A DNA stretch of 64,000 bases, from the NCBI GenBank assembly GCA_037447605.1, contig CM074812.1, forward strand, positions 806,001 through 870,000, in the 5' to 3' direction. This document shows, piece after piece, positions 49,234-62,100 of this stretch (position 1 is the first letter of the stretch; the number at the start of each line of letters is the position of its first letter). The stretch is from Zygnema circumcarinatum SAG 698-1b (Eukaryota; Plantae; Zygnematophyceae). The position numbers and the translations under genes were made by a program. The notes beneath the pieces are model-generated. The model did not search any database. It was given only the letters and a program-made list of their open reading frames with translations, and was not told the DNA's origin.

Positions 49234-52200
49234 ATGAAAGGGGCTAGTACAGGGGGTATAGTGCCTCCTAACTTAATCGAGGATGACTTTACAGAGGCTT
49301 CGCCACATCTTCCAGGAATCTCTCGTCACGGTTCTATGAGCCACTCACAGTCTGGCAGCACCATCAACATCATTCCGGAGGATGAAACGGAGGACGGCGA
49401 CATGGAACACGTGGTGGAAGTGGACGAAGAGTTCGACTCTTTTGAGAAGGAGCCTGCAAGGGCGCCCCTCCCTCCGCCGAGGGCTTCCAGGTTCTCATCA
49501 GAGTAAGGCGGATATCTGCTTTTTTTTATTTTTTTTTCTTACTTCATTGAAAAAAATGAAGTGTGCACTTGTTTTCTGATTTTTCGTTTCACCTGCCCTG
49601 GGTTTCTTACTAGGCATAATGCGTAGGTTGTAGGGCTAAGGCCTAGAATTTAGGGTTGAGGGTTGAGACAAAGGAGGAAAGGGAGAGAGAGTTTCGAAAG
49701 AACATACAAACCTTTTCCATGTGAACTAGCGTTCACATGTGCATGAAAAACTGTTTCAATAACGGAGCGTTGAAGGTTTTGAGCATTTGGAATTCGCAAG
49801 ATAGCGCCCGCCCGCCGTCACAAGCGGGTGGGGAAAACCCAGACAGGCAGGGCCAAGCACACAGGTAGACAGGGTTTTTAGGGTTCGCAGAGTTTCTTAG
49901 GGTTTTATCTTCACCTTAATTGGTGTGGAATGGATTTGCAGGGCTGCCAAAGCAAAGTATGCGCCGATTCCCTGGACTTCTTATTTCGACCAGTCCCAAG
50001 AAATTGCCCTTCCAAATACAGAGGATGTGAGCTCTCTAGCCACCCCCCCCTCTCTGTCTGTTCAGTCTCACGACCTGCACTTTATTTCTCGCCACCAGAC
50101 ACTTTGCCTTCACCCCCCTCAGAGTTTTACTGTAACCCAAAGAAGAGTATAGTGACAGAATATTTGAACTTTCTTTACCGGTCTATCTACCGCTGTAAGA
50201 ATTTATCCAATATATCTTGGGCTTTCGGTTTGCTGAGTATCAAGCTCATTTGAAGAATTATTAGTTACCAGTTATTAGTTTTTCGAGTGTTAAAACATTT
50301 ACTGCGTGTTTATATAGTTCATGTAGCCTGTGGCTTTACTTCCGAGTGAATCCTTGGGGTGCTAACATGTTGAATTCTTTGGCCATATTCTAGGAGCAAG
50401 TTATGGAAGATTTTTGGAGTCCTCTGCACATGTAATAAAATGTGTACCCTCTGTTTTTCTATGGAGTTGCAGGTGTTCCATGTTTACACGGCAGGGCAAG
50501 AAGGACCAGTCATATTTTGTCTGCATGGAGGCGGCTATTCAGGGTACACTCCACCCCGCTCCTCCCTTCCCCCACCCTCCCCACATACATGAGAGAGAGA
50601 TAGGGCGAGGGAGAGAGCGAGAGAGTGAGAGAGAAAGGGAAAAGTATTCAGCATTGGAAGAAGCTCAAATGGCATGCAGACCCTGTAATCGTACAATCGA
50701 ACTGAAAGCAAACATGATTGCGCGCACGTAGGTTGTCATTGCATGGGCATTGCCATCTCCACGCATGCCACCGTGTTTTGCCTTGCTGATATGCAAAGGA
50801 ACTACTCCTTAAAATTCTTCAACCCATTGGTCGTTCTCTGGTTTTCCTTTGGCGTTGGTTTGCTCTTGTTCTTGTTCCCCTTTCAAGCCAACCTGCAAGG
50901 TTTTTTCGGGCTTGTGTTTTGCAGTTTATCGTTTGCTCTCGCAGCGGGTCTTATGAAGGAGAGAGTGCGCGTAGTGGCGATGGATATGAGAGGGCATGGC
51001 AACACTCGGACTCAGGATGATGCTGACCTATCAGCAGAGGTGATGAGACTATTCATTTTACCCTCACGATACGCATTCTTCTATTGAGGGAGCGGGGAAA
51101 CTTTTGTTTTTGAAAAGTCAGAAATTCTTAGGATGGGAGAAAAGCATTGCCTTGGATAAACCATGCAGTTGTATCCCCACTAATTCGTCTTCGCCGTACT
51201 GGGGATACTTCTGTTGCAAATGCTTAAACTGCTCGTGTCGTATGAAAGAGTTTTAGAATAGGTCAGATAAAGTTGCTTAACGATGTTTCCTCTAGAGATT
51301 AAGGGAGATTATTTGCCGCCCAATGCAGAGGGCCTGTTTCGTAGCGAGCTGGATGGTCCAGTCTTGTCGACCTCTGCAAAGTAATGCGTTGCTTACTGCC
51401 AACTTGCTTCAAGGCAACTCAGTTTACAACTATTCATCAGCAGTTGGGTCATGTGGGAAGCTTTTGAAATTGAATTGTGGACTGCTGTTTTTGTTTATTC
51501 TATTTGCTTTTCCTGCAGAGATTATGTGCGGATGTGGTAGCTGTGATTGAGACCATGTATGGCACCGATCCTCCCGCCATTGTGCTTGTCGGTCACAGGT
51601 GAGAGGGACACACTTCCTTTTCGAACTTATCTTAGCAGGAGATCAGATAGAATGATAGGATCATTCGTAACACTTTGTTTGTCTGCAGTTGATTTACAAT
51701 TGTGATGCTTATTTATGACACTCTCCTATTCACATTAAGGCTTTGTTTCCAGAGCCTTCCGTGCTATGGGGAAAATATTTACAGCAATACTAGTGAGGAA
51801 ACTTGTGTTTGTTTCTGAAGCTACTGGGGAGCTGTTGCAAGGTGGTGGCCAGCATGGGCGGTGCGATAGCTGTGCGAACTGCTGCTTTGCGAGTGCTTCC
51901 TACTTTGGCCGGGCTTATAGTTGTCGATGTTGTGGAGGTTAGTGGGAAACACTTTTGCCTTGTTCCATGAAGAAAGCAAATAGAGTAGAGTAGATGTTTA
52001 AAGGCTTTAGGTATCCTGGTCGCTGTGTCTCTCTCAATCTTCTCTTATCGGTGAGGGAGCAGTGGGCTTCTTCTGCAGGGCACAGCCATGGCATCGCTTG
52101 TACACATGCAGGCGATACTAAGTGCTCGGCCCTCACATTTTCGTTCTGTAGAAGCAGCGGTAAGTGAAGTGATGAACTGAAGCTTAAGCTGGAAATGCTA

Positions 52201-54339
52201 AGGAATCCTGGAATCTGATTAAACACAGGGGGGTACTGTGGTTGGTACTGTCATTGTGACGGATTATACCTCCCGTAAGAACATGTAGGGAGTCACTTGG
52301 GATGGGATTACAGATAGAATGGAGTATCGGCATGGGCTCGTTACGGAACCTGGACTCAGCCCGTGTCTCGATACCTTCAACCTTACAGCGCTTAGAGGGT
52401 GATGCGGGAAGGTAAACTTCCAAAGGCAAAAAGTGTTCACCTAATTATGCGGCTGCACTTTCCTCACTCCGATTCTCTCCACCCCTACCTCGCTTTGATG
52501 TGGGTTTTCTCTCTTTTGAGTTGTGTAACGGGATAGGTATACATGGCGCACCAAATTGGAAGAGAGTGAGACGTTTTGGAAAGGCTGGTGAGGCAAAAAT
52601 CTCCTCTTGCCAACTCATCCTGATGTTTTGTGATGACAATTGGGTCATTGATTAATCTAATCGATTAAAAGTTAGTTCACGGAGGCACAGCTTCTCGAAA
52701 GTTATTAGACTCCCCCTGTGGCTGCTAGTTGAAGAGTAAGGAAACGTTTTCATTTTTTTGAATTTGTGGAGTGCAGGTACGACGGGCTGTCTGAAATTTT
52801 TCTTCGATGTCCCGTACCAAAACTGCTGTTACTTGCGGGAACAGATCGGCTGGACAGGTTTGAGGCATCAACCCTAACAATCCATGAACTAAACTCGTTG
52901 CAGAGGAAATCACCCGGTAACACCGACGCATTTATCCTATGAAGCATGCTTGAAAAGTATATGCACTCTCTTTCTGTTCCAGAGAAGGTTTAGGGCCTTG
53001 ATCTGCCTTTTGAAGGCGTAGGAGCAACAGCTGTTGTCGCCCTAACTGAGGGGCTTGTCCGGATATTCACGACGACAGATAGGAGTTAGAGGAAGTTCGT
53101 TGCTTTAGGATATAATGGTCTGAATATGGGGGAAGCTGAAAGAATCCGATGTGCTTCAATTTTAACCTACATGCTTCGTTAAGGCTGTCGTGTTATGCTG
53201 TCGTCTGAGCATGAACGCTACTAAATGCTGACAGACTTCCTTTCAATGCAAAACACTTTGTATGACTGCTCTATGCATTTTGCATTCGATACCGTCCCTT
53301 GTAGTCATCAGTAGAAATAAGTAGAGAATAAGAAGAACAGAAGAGGAGACGGAGAGTCGAGAGAGAAGAGAGAGGAGAGATGAGAAGTTGCACGAGTTTA
53401 TATCAGCAACAGCAATTCTGCTCGTCCTTTATCTTGTTGTGAAGTTTATTGCTATTGAAATGCTGGTTGATAGCGAAGTGTGACGATTTAGAATCCACAT
53501 ATGGCGTGAGTCATCACAACTGCAAGTTGGGCCAGGGACAATTGGGAATGTGATCGACCGAAGTCGTTTCTGTCTTTCTTTTTATAACCACTGTGTTGAC
53601 TCTTCCTGCCACTTTGCACGTTGTTTGGGGGGGTGGCAGAGCCCTGACTATTGCGCAAATGCAGGGCAAGTTTCAGATGCTTGTCATACGACATTCCGGC
53701 CATGCAATTCAGGTATTGACAGTAAAGGAAGAAGGAGAAGATTTGAGTTAACACATGGTATACATCATATCCAACATAAAGAATGAACTTTAGTGTTTTT
53801 GCACTTTTGGACCTCATGCCTGCCTCTGCAGTGACCTTGAGAGTAGAACAAGTGGAGAGGAAAGGAGAGAGCGAGAGGGAGAGAGAGAGAGATGCCCTCT
53901 GGTTAAGAGGTGCCTTCACTTTCGAAAGCAGAAACGCAGTTTGTCCTTTTCATAGTATGAACTACTCTGCTGTGTGCGGAGGTGCTTTTGGCAGGAGGAC
54001 GAGCCGGATGAATTCGCGACGTCTGTGCTTGCATTTGTAATTCGAAATCGAATCGGAGCACGTGGAGTGGAGGTAAGTTTTAGGCCGGTTTACACGTGTG
54101 GAAGGAGTCCTTACTGGGTAGGCTCCTGATAGACCAGTTTTGCACGACTTTTGTTCAACTAACTGCTCTTTCTATCAATCTGCTTATCCGTCTCCTTTTC
54201 GCATTCCCTCCCCCCTCCGTCCTTCCCCCTCCCCCCTCCCCCCTCCCAGCCCCGCCCCCGCCCCCTTTCCTTACCTTCCCTTCCCTTCCCTCACTATTCG
54301 CCTTGGTTCGTGCAGCTTCCATTGTTGAGACGTGGATGA
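49234..54339 (+). CDS. PPME1: Protein phosphatase 2A methylesterase 1 (alpha/beta hydrolase), about 13 exons
   Basis: Exons: KYAPIPWTSYFD (~49942-50025), VFHVYTAGQEGPVIFCLHGGGYSG (50473-50543), AMDMRGHG, LVGHS|MGG nucleophile motif, IVVDVVEG, LRNLDSARVSIP, YTWRTKLEESETFWKGW, PKLLLLAGTDRLD, LTIAQMQGKFQ...GHAIQ, EDEPDEF...RNRIG. Probable last exon 54316-54339 (LPLLRRG*). Confidence 0.95.
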
Positions 54340-54817
54340 TGGATTGCCTTGCCACCATCTAATTTAACGAGGGGATAAATGGAATAGTTCCATTTTACTG
54401 GTTGATGGAGAAGCAGCAAGCGGGCAAGGTAAGGTTGTTTAGTGGACCAAGGACTCCAGGAACAACGTTTCATATTGGCTGAAGGCTTCGTTGAAGTGCA
54501 GACAGAGAAAGAAATTCAGCGTGTACAGTTTACTTCTGGAGTGAATCAATGCTTCACGATTTTTTGGGTGGCCTGTTCTGTGTGCACCACTGTTCCAACT
54601 GTTTGAGGAACTGGCGCCAGCTCATGGAAATGGCGGAACTCATCCGTCTAATTTTTGACACTAGAACTGCTGTTCTAACAATCACCGGCTTCGTTTTTTT
54701 GAAAGTTAAGGGGAGGGATTGTGGAGGGGAAGGGAGTGAGGGCGAGAGATTGGGACTGAAAATGTATTATTTTAAGGTGAAATTTTATAAACTGGTTTGC
54801 CGGCTTATTCATTGTTC

Positions 54818-55268
54818 TCTCTCCCCGCTCCCCGCTCCCCGCTCCCCGCTCCCCGCTCCCCGCTCCCCGCTCCCTCTCCCCTCTCCCCTCTCCCCTCTCC
54901 CTCTCCCTCTCCCTCTCCCCTCTCCCTCTCCCCTCTCCCCTCTCCCTCTCCCTCTCCCTCTCTCCCTCTCCCTCTCCCTCTCCCTCTCCCCTCTCCCTCT
55001 CCCTCTCCCTCTCCCCTCTCCCCTCTCCCCTCTCCCCTCTCCCTCTCCCTCTCCCTCTCCCTCCCTCTCTCCCTCTCCCTCTCCCCTCTCCTCTCTCCCC
55101 TCTCCTCCCTCTCCCCTCTCCCTCTCCCCTCTCCCCTCTCCCTCTCCCCTCTCCCTCTCCCTCTCCCTCTCCCTCTCCCTCTCCCCTCTCCCCTCTCCCT
55201 CTCCCCTCTCCCTCTCCCTCTCCCTCTCCCTCTCCCCTCTCCCCTCTCCCCTCTCCCCTCTCCCCTCT
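54818..55268. repeat. ~450-bp polypyrimidine/polypurine tract, (CTCCCCG)n then (CTCTCC/CTCCC)n
   Basis: Nearly pure C/T on the plus strand. Lies between the convergent PPME1 and MOS1 3' ends. Confidence 0.95.
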
Positions 55269-56145
55269 CCATTTAGCTTCGAATCAATCGACCAACAGTT
55301 CACAATTCGACACAAACAACAATTGGGAACTATGGTTTGTTTCCGAACGAAAACATTGGCTCAAGACCTCTCGAAGACAACCTTGAAGTTCAACATATGT
55401 CTATATCACCCTTACAATCGCTGGAAACCTAAAGTGGGCACCCTACTATACTAAGTGAGATGGGGCACCATAGAGGGCCTCCATGCCTGCTCTAAGCTGC
55501 GAAGACTTGTGTCATGGCATCTGAGAGCACCATAAAGGTATGCAAAGGAGACCACAAAAGTTCACCTTCACATGCTGCCTGCAAAACCTTTTGACGATAG
55601 GGAGACGGGAAAGGAGAGAGGGATTCGAGAACAAGAACAAGGACAGACAATTTTTTTTGTCATATTCACAAAACCGTCAGAAATTGGATACATGGTAGCT
55701 CAATCATAGCGACATCTACAGTATACAAAATCTTCTGCTTGCCTCAACTCAGGACCAGTGGGATTCCCAAGATGAGCTGCGTCAGCTCCAACCTTCCCCT
55801 CAAAGTCTGGCAATGTCTAACCTTTCAACTGAGCTGATAACACAAAACTTCTCCTGATGACTCAAGGTGCAAAAGGCAGGTGTCTGCCCATAGCCTGGCT
55901 CAAATGTATAGGCGACACCCCATTCTATCCCACTCTCTGCAGAAAGGACTCGCAAAAGAACAAATTTCTTTGCCACCCTCCTGATCAATCCATATACACC
56001 ATCCATGTTCTGTCTTTCGTTTGTCCTTCCTCATTCACCAACAGCCCAATAATGCCTCACAAGAGGTCACTCCAATCCACCGAATCTCAAACCGTGCAAG
56101 GCTTTCCTGAGAAGTATACGCTGAAATGATGATTTAGGTGTGGCT

Positions 56146-59100
56146 TCAGCAGTGTGCACGTTTCTTCTGAAAGATTAGAAAGTGAAGGATGAAACCAGAG
56201 GCTGAACAGAACCTTATGATCATACCTGATCAACAGGCTGATAAGTTTCAAGTTGAAACCTGGCCCGGGACTGCTCCTCTGGTTGCATCAATCACCATCC
56301 TTGGCCTCTCGCGACGATTGTCAGTTTCACCGCTTCTATTCCCTCCATATGATCCTCGTCCCGGCCCACCCACATGACCTCCTCGTCCGCTTCCCCTTCC
56401 AGCCCCATGGGAAGACCTGTTCACCGGTCCACTCTCACCTCCTCGTGGAACATTTCCCTGACGAGAGTCTGCCCGCAATCCCCCTGAACTTTGATGGTGT
56501 GCTCCTGAGACGGATACATTTTTTCCACTGAAAGGATGGTCGGGCCCAGGATTGGGTTGCACTGAAGGCGAATTTCCACCCCCAACTGCAACTGCAGCTG
56601 CAACTGCAGGTTGCTGCAGTTGCTGCTGTTGCTGTGGCTGCAATGAAGGCCGCTGAAGCTGCTGTTGCTGCTGTTGCTGATGTTGCTGCTGTTGCTGATG
56701 TTGCTGATGTTGCTGATGTTGCTGCTGTTGCTGATGTTGCTGATGTTGCTGATGTTGCTGATGTTGCTGCTGTTGCTGCTGTGGGGCAGCCAAAACAGGG
56801 CCATGAGCAGACCCCGTCATCCCACCTTGCTTCTCAGGTGGATTGTGCGATGCAGCCACTCCTACAGAGCGTTGATTGGGAGAGCCCTCATGAAGTGCTG
56901 TCACAGTTTGACTTGAGAGATGCTGTGAAGGCACTTGCTGCTGATTAACTCGTTGGTTTGGAACATACGGCCGAGAACGCTCCCCAGATCCTTGCGGCCG
57001 TTGATTCTGACTACTGAGAGTTGACTGTGTCTGTGCATGCTGACTAAAATGAGGAGTTCGAGTCGGTACATTTTGCGGCAGGTTCACAGGAGGTGTGGTT
57101 GTCTGTTGAGCTGCTACATGCTGCATGTGGGCGATGTTCTGCTCCTTCGGCATACCTCCATTGTGGCCACCTCTGTAGTGGCCCCTCCTCCCCCCAGCAG
57201 GGCCGTTACCCCGTCCTGCTTTGAACCCTGCTAGCCGATCATCTTGCCTTCCCTCCGAAACATCATTCCCAGACCCTCGAGCCTTAGACTCTACAGAATT
57301 TGTAGAAGAGGTCTCAATAGGAGCTACCTGGGGAAGGGGCTGCTGCCTCTGCACCGTAGCCTGACCGGCCTTGCTCTCATGATTGGTAGTCTCACTCATG
57401 GAGACTGAATGAATTGCCAAGTGAGAAGTGGCAACTAACTCTCCTCCCTCAACAGGGTGTGCTGAGTCTCCATGCAGTTGATTACCAGCTTTCGGTGAGT
57501 ACCTTTCAAGCTCAGCCCTCCTCATCTTTTGCGTCTGCTGATGCTGAATCTGTTGTGGGCCGCTTCGACCATCCTCGCGACTTTTGCCCCCACCTTCAGT
57601 GTTTGCTCCTCTTGGAATCCTCTCATTTGAGGGTGCACTCTCTGAATTGCTTGCATCTGCTCGTATGCCACCGCCTGCTCTTGGTCCACCTGCTGCAGGA
57701 ACACGGACGGAAGAGCGACCAGATACATCCTCTGCTGCTCCCTGATGAATCTTATCGGCAAGTCTCACATCCTGCGGGCTTTTATCTCTGACCACCCATT
57801 GCGGTCCCTTGGAGACTCCAACTGCCGTTCCAACTGCAGATGGTGACTTCCCTGTGGGGGGCTGGCTACTCCCCCTACCGTGCTGTCCATCTGTAGGAAG
57901 CTTGTTTGGAATCACTTCCATAACACTGACATGAAACTCCCCAAACATAGATGGCAAACCGGGGTCCATGTGGGTATCCTTTGAGCCACCTTTTCCACTT
58001 TCCCCACCAGGCACGGACCTGTCCAAGACTTGACCAGCAACAGGACTTATCTTCTCACTAACAGTCGCTTCATTAGGTGAGAAAATTTTGCCTGTGGTTT
58101 TTGTAGGCACCACAGTTTGAGATGAATGATCTTTCCTGCCATTTTTTGCTTCAACCAATATTGCATCTCCACCAACCGCATCACTTGCACCCTCAACATT
58201 GCGAACAGATGTTGCATTGCCTGTGCCCTCACTCCCTTTTGCTTTGTGTTTGCCCCCCCTACCCCTTCCAGCACCACCTCTCTTTGCTTTTTGCCCGATA
58301 CCTTCGTTACTCCCTCCACCTAATCCTTCGCCTTCCTCCTTTTCTCCAGCATTAGCATGCTTCCCGGCCTCCACTACCTTTGATGGAGAAACAATAGGCT
58401 CAATAGGTTTTAAAGCTACTGCTACCTCTACGCCTGCCGGCCCTTCCTTTAGTTGCTGCTGTCCACCATGTTGCTGAGCACCGACATGCTTGAAACCTGC
58501 CATTTGTTGAGCCTGTGGTGGTGCTGAAGGTTGTATCTGCTGCTGTTGTCGTCCATGTGAATGCTGCTGATGAACTGAAGCAGTGGTTTGGCGGGATTGA
58601 GAAGACTGGGGTAGCGAAGAATCTTGGTGGACAGGCCGGTACTGAAGAGTCGGTTGACCAGAAAAATTGCGAGAGTTGCTTTGAGCAGATACCTGTGGGC
58701 CAGTTGGAGGTTGCTGCTTGTGCTGCTTCATTTGCACTTGCTGTTGCTGGTGGGAATGGGGAGGATGGACCTGCGGTCGAGCTTCCTTCACATCTGACAG
58801 CCTTGAAGGTTGCTTTCCAGAAGGACTATTTGGCCCTTGCGCGTGCCTTTTCAGCTGTTCTTGCTCTATATTCACACCTTCGAGAGCAGCAGCAATCGGA
58901 GGAGGAGGGGAAGGATGCACATGAACTGCATGGTGATGACTGGGTTCATGATGGGGTCCATGAACTGCCCCTGCAGGAGGGGGTGGATGTCCTCTGCCAG
59001 GAAAAGCACCTTGAAACCCATTTTGGGGCCTTGGGCGGGGATATGATTGTGGTTGAGAGTGGGGATGCATGTGAGGCTGGGGGTGGGACGGAGCATGAGG

Positions 59101-62100
59101 AAATGCAAATGGCTGCATGTTTGGGGCAGGCAGCAATGGCGGTTCAGAGGAAGCCGACCCACCAGGAGGAGTTGGACCATGCCCCAATTTCTCCCTGCTA
59201 CGAACAGGGCCTATCTTCCTCTCACCTAAACCCCTATCTCCACGGCGGCCCTGCTCCCGCACTTGCTCCTTCCCACTCAAACCACTCAACTGCTGAGATG
59301 CAACCCCTGTTGCCACAGCAGGAGGCACAGTTTCCAAGGACCCACTCTCCTGAATTTCGGTCACAATTTGTGGGGCAGTGGTCATTACAGACAAGGTAGC
59401 TTTCTGCTGCCCTTCGTCTCCAATAGCTTCTTCACCTTGAGCTGCCTCTTGAGCCCTACGGCGTTCAAGCTCCTCCAATTTTGCTTGAGCCCGAGCACGC
59501 TGCTCCTTGATTCGCTCTTCTTCAGCCCTCCTGATCTGTTGTGCTCGCTGCGCATTCTCCCTCAGCTTTGCTCTCTGTTCACAAGCTCAATTCTAGTGCA
59601 TAAGTTCGCTTACACAGGAAGATACTACATAAATGAGTGGGTTCAGAGAGCCCTCCGATTTCACACAAATGAAGTCAAGCCTTCCCTTTTGCGCTCTATT
59701 TGCAATAGATATCCTCGAGCAGACTATAAAAACGTAAAATCAATAAGCTGAAAGCATTCTCGTATCCTCTGAGCTCTTCTCACTGATTTGTTAAGTCGTC
59801 CTTGCTGCAAGGAAAAAAAAATCCTCATCTCATGTGAATGTAGACCACAACCATGCCAGGTAGACCTACTCAACACGTCGGGAAACATCCATACAAGAGA
59901 ACAGGAGAGAATAGGTCTACACAGAAGTCTAGATTATCACCTGTGCATCATAATCCCAAGATGCAGATCCCACTGCAGAGCTGCCATTCTCAATAGAGCC
60001 GAGTGATGTTGCTTCGCCAACCTGACGGTGCCCCTCCGTTCCTCCCTCCCCAATCACAACGTGGCCCGCCGGTTGACCTTCCACTGAAACTGCTGTGGGC
60101 ATATCGTCAGTGACTGGGGTAACTTCAGAAATGTTGCGTGAGCCCACAGCAGAACTGCTGCTAGAATCAAGCTGAAGTCGTTGGACACTTGCATGTTCAG
60201 TAAAATCTTTGCTTCCTAAAACATGTTCACCATCTGGGGCAGTGCTCCCATTTGGCTTTGCCATGTTTCCAGGCATGACTGCTGCATGTTTAACTATCGG
60301 CGCTGCAGATGTCGTAGGGTGTAAACCACCAAACACATCCTGTTTGATCTGGGCTGAGACAGATGCCTCCATGTGACCAGTAGACCTGTCAGAATGCAGA
60401 CTATCTGCCCTCATTTCAGCCTGATTTTCTATCTTGCCTCCACGTTCTTCTGAAGTTGTTACTCGCCTCTGTACGGGACTAACTGGAGAAGAAGCTTCAG
60501 TCTTTCCTTGAACTCCAAATTTGTCGTGCTCCCCGTGATTAGATGACCTTGGAACATCACTTTTAAGACTCTCTGCAACCCTCCTTTCGCTCTCTGTGAT
60601 AGAAATCGGTAGCTCCTTGGAAGATGATGTTGACGAGACGACCACAGAATTTACCTCTCCTGTCTCTGCAGTTGAATCCCCAGTCCGTTTCAATATTCGG
60701 AACGGCTCTTGGCCCTTCACAGACTCGTTGGCAGAGCCTGAAGGACTTGGCAAAATTGGTTCAGCATCAGCTCTCTCAGAGCTGCCTGCTTCACCATCCA
60801 AACTCCTAGTTAACTCAGATGGAGATAACTTGGCCCCTCCCAAGCGACCGTCAAGATCAATGCTCTGTACTTCACTAGTTACTAGTGTTCCTTGCCCCAT
60901 TCTCGGGCTTTCATCTCGCAATCCTCCCTTATCAATAACTTCGTTAGACCCTCTTGCATCTTGTGAACTACTAGCGGTTTTTTCAGAAGTTTGCTGTCCC
61001 TCGCTGGGATGCAATCCTGAATCCTTTGAAATCCCTTCTTCAAAGACGGGCTGAGAAAAGTCCATGCCAGCCTCTTCTTCACTAGCAGTAGCCCAATCCC
61101 AGTGACCATGATGCATCATCGCTCGTCCCATCGAATGGGTTCCTCGCCGCACATCTTCAGAGTGCTCTGAACTCCTTCTCGCTTCCAATCGCATGCCATT
61201 ACGTTCATAATCTTCCTTCCTTGCCATGTCAACCCCTTCTGATTCGCCCCCAAAACCCTCCCCTCTTTCAACAGGCCGTGCACCTGAAGCTAACTTCCCA
61301 ACTCCACTTACAGGACCACCCATCCCCCCTGGACCAGGTCCCATATTAGGGCCAAACCTCCTATCAGGATGTCCCATAGGACCCATAACTGGTCCAAAAC
61401 CCATCAAACCTCTTGCTTGATTGTAAGGTCCCGGTCCACCACCCCCCATTCCCATTCCCATAAACTCCCTTTCGTCCATTCCTCCAAACCCTGGGCCAGG
61501 CATATGAGGCCCATAGTAGCCGTCAAAATTTGGTGGACCTGGGTACATTCCTGGAAACCTACCAACAGGTCTACCAAAGAGGCCGGGACCGGCAAATACA
61601 TCTGCCCCTCTGGGAAAAACCCCAATTCCCGGCCCCATTGGTCCACCAAAAGACCCCCCTGGTCCAGGTCCAAAGCGAGCATGTGGGCCAAATGGAGGAC
61701 CATCTTGTCCTTTCATTAGAAACCCACGAGGAGGAGGAGGGCCCCCCGGACCAAATGCACCAATTGGTGGACCATCTCGTCGCCAGCTTTCTGATGGTCC
61801 ACCAATCTCACGTCGCCAGCTGTCAGGAGGGTTGCCAGGTCCGGGTTGTTGCCCTGCTTCTCTCCGCCAACTGTCGGAAAATTGGGGTCCAATTGGCCCT
61901 GAAATCGATTCAGCATCGACAGTGGTTTTCCGCCAAGAGTCACTCGGTGGGGCATTTCCGACTCCCACATTCTCATCCCTCCGCCAGTGATCTTCTGATG
62001 AACCACCTACAAGATTCATGAGAAGATAGTTGCAAAGGACTGAGATTTTGAATGACAAATGGAAATTCATATCCAGTCTAGCATGCTCTTCCAGCATGCA

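Noticed and set aside
54549-55454. Long Pro/Leu/Ser or Glu/Gly/Arg ORFs
   Set aside because: They are artefacts of the stop-free CT/GA tract.
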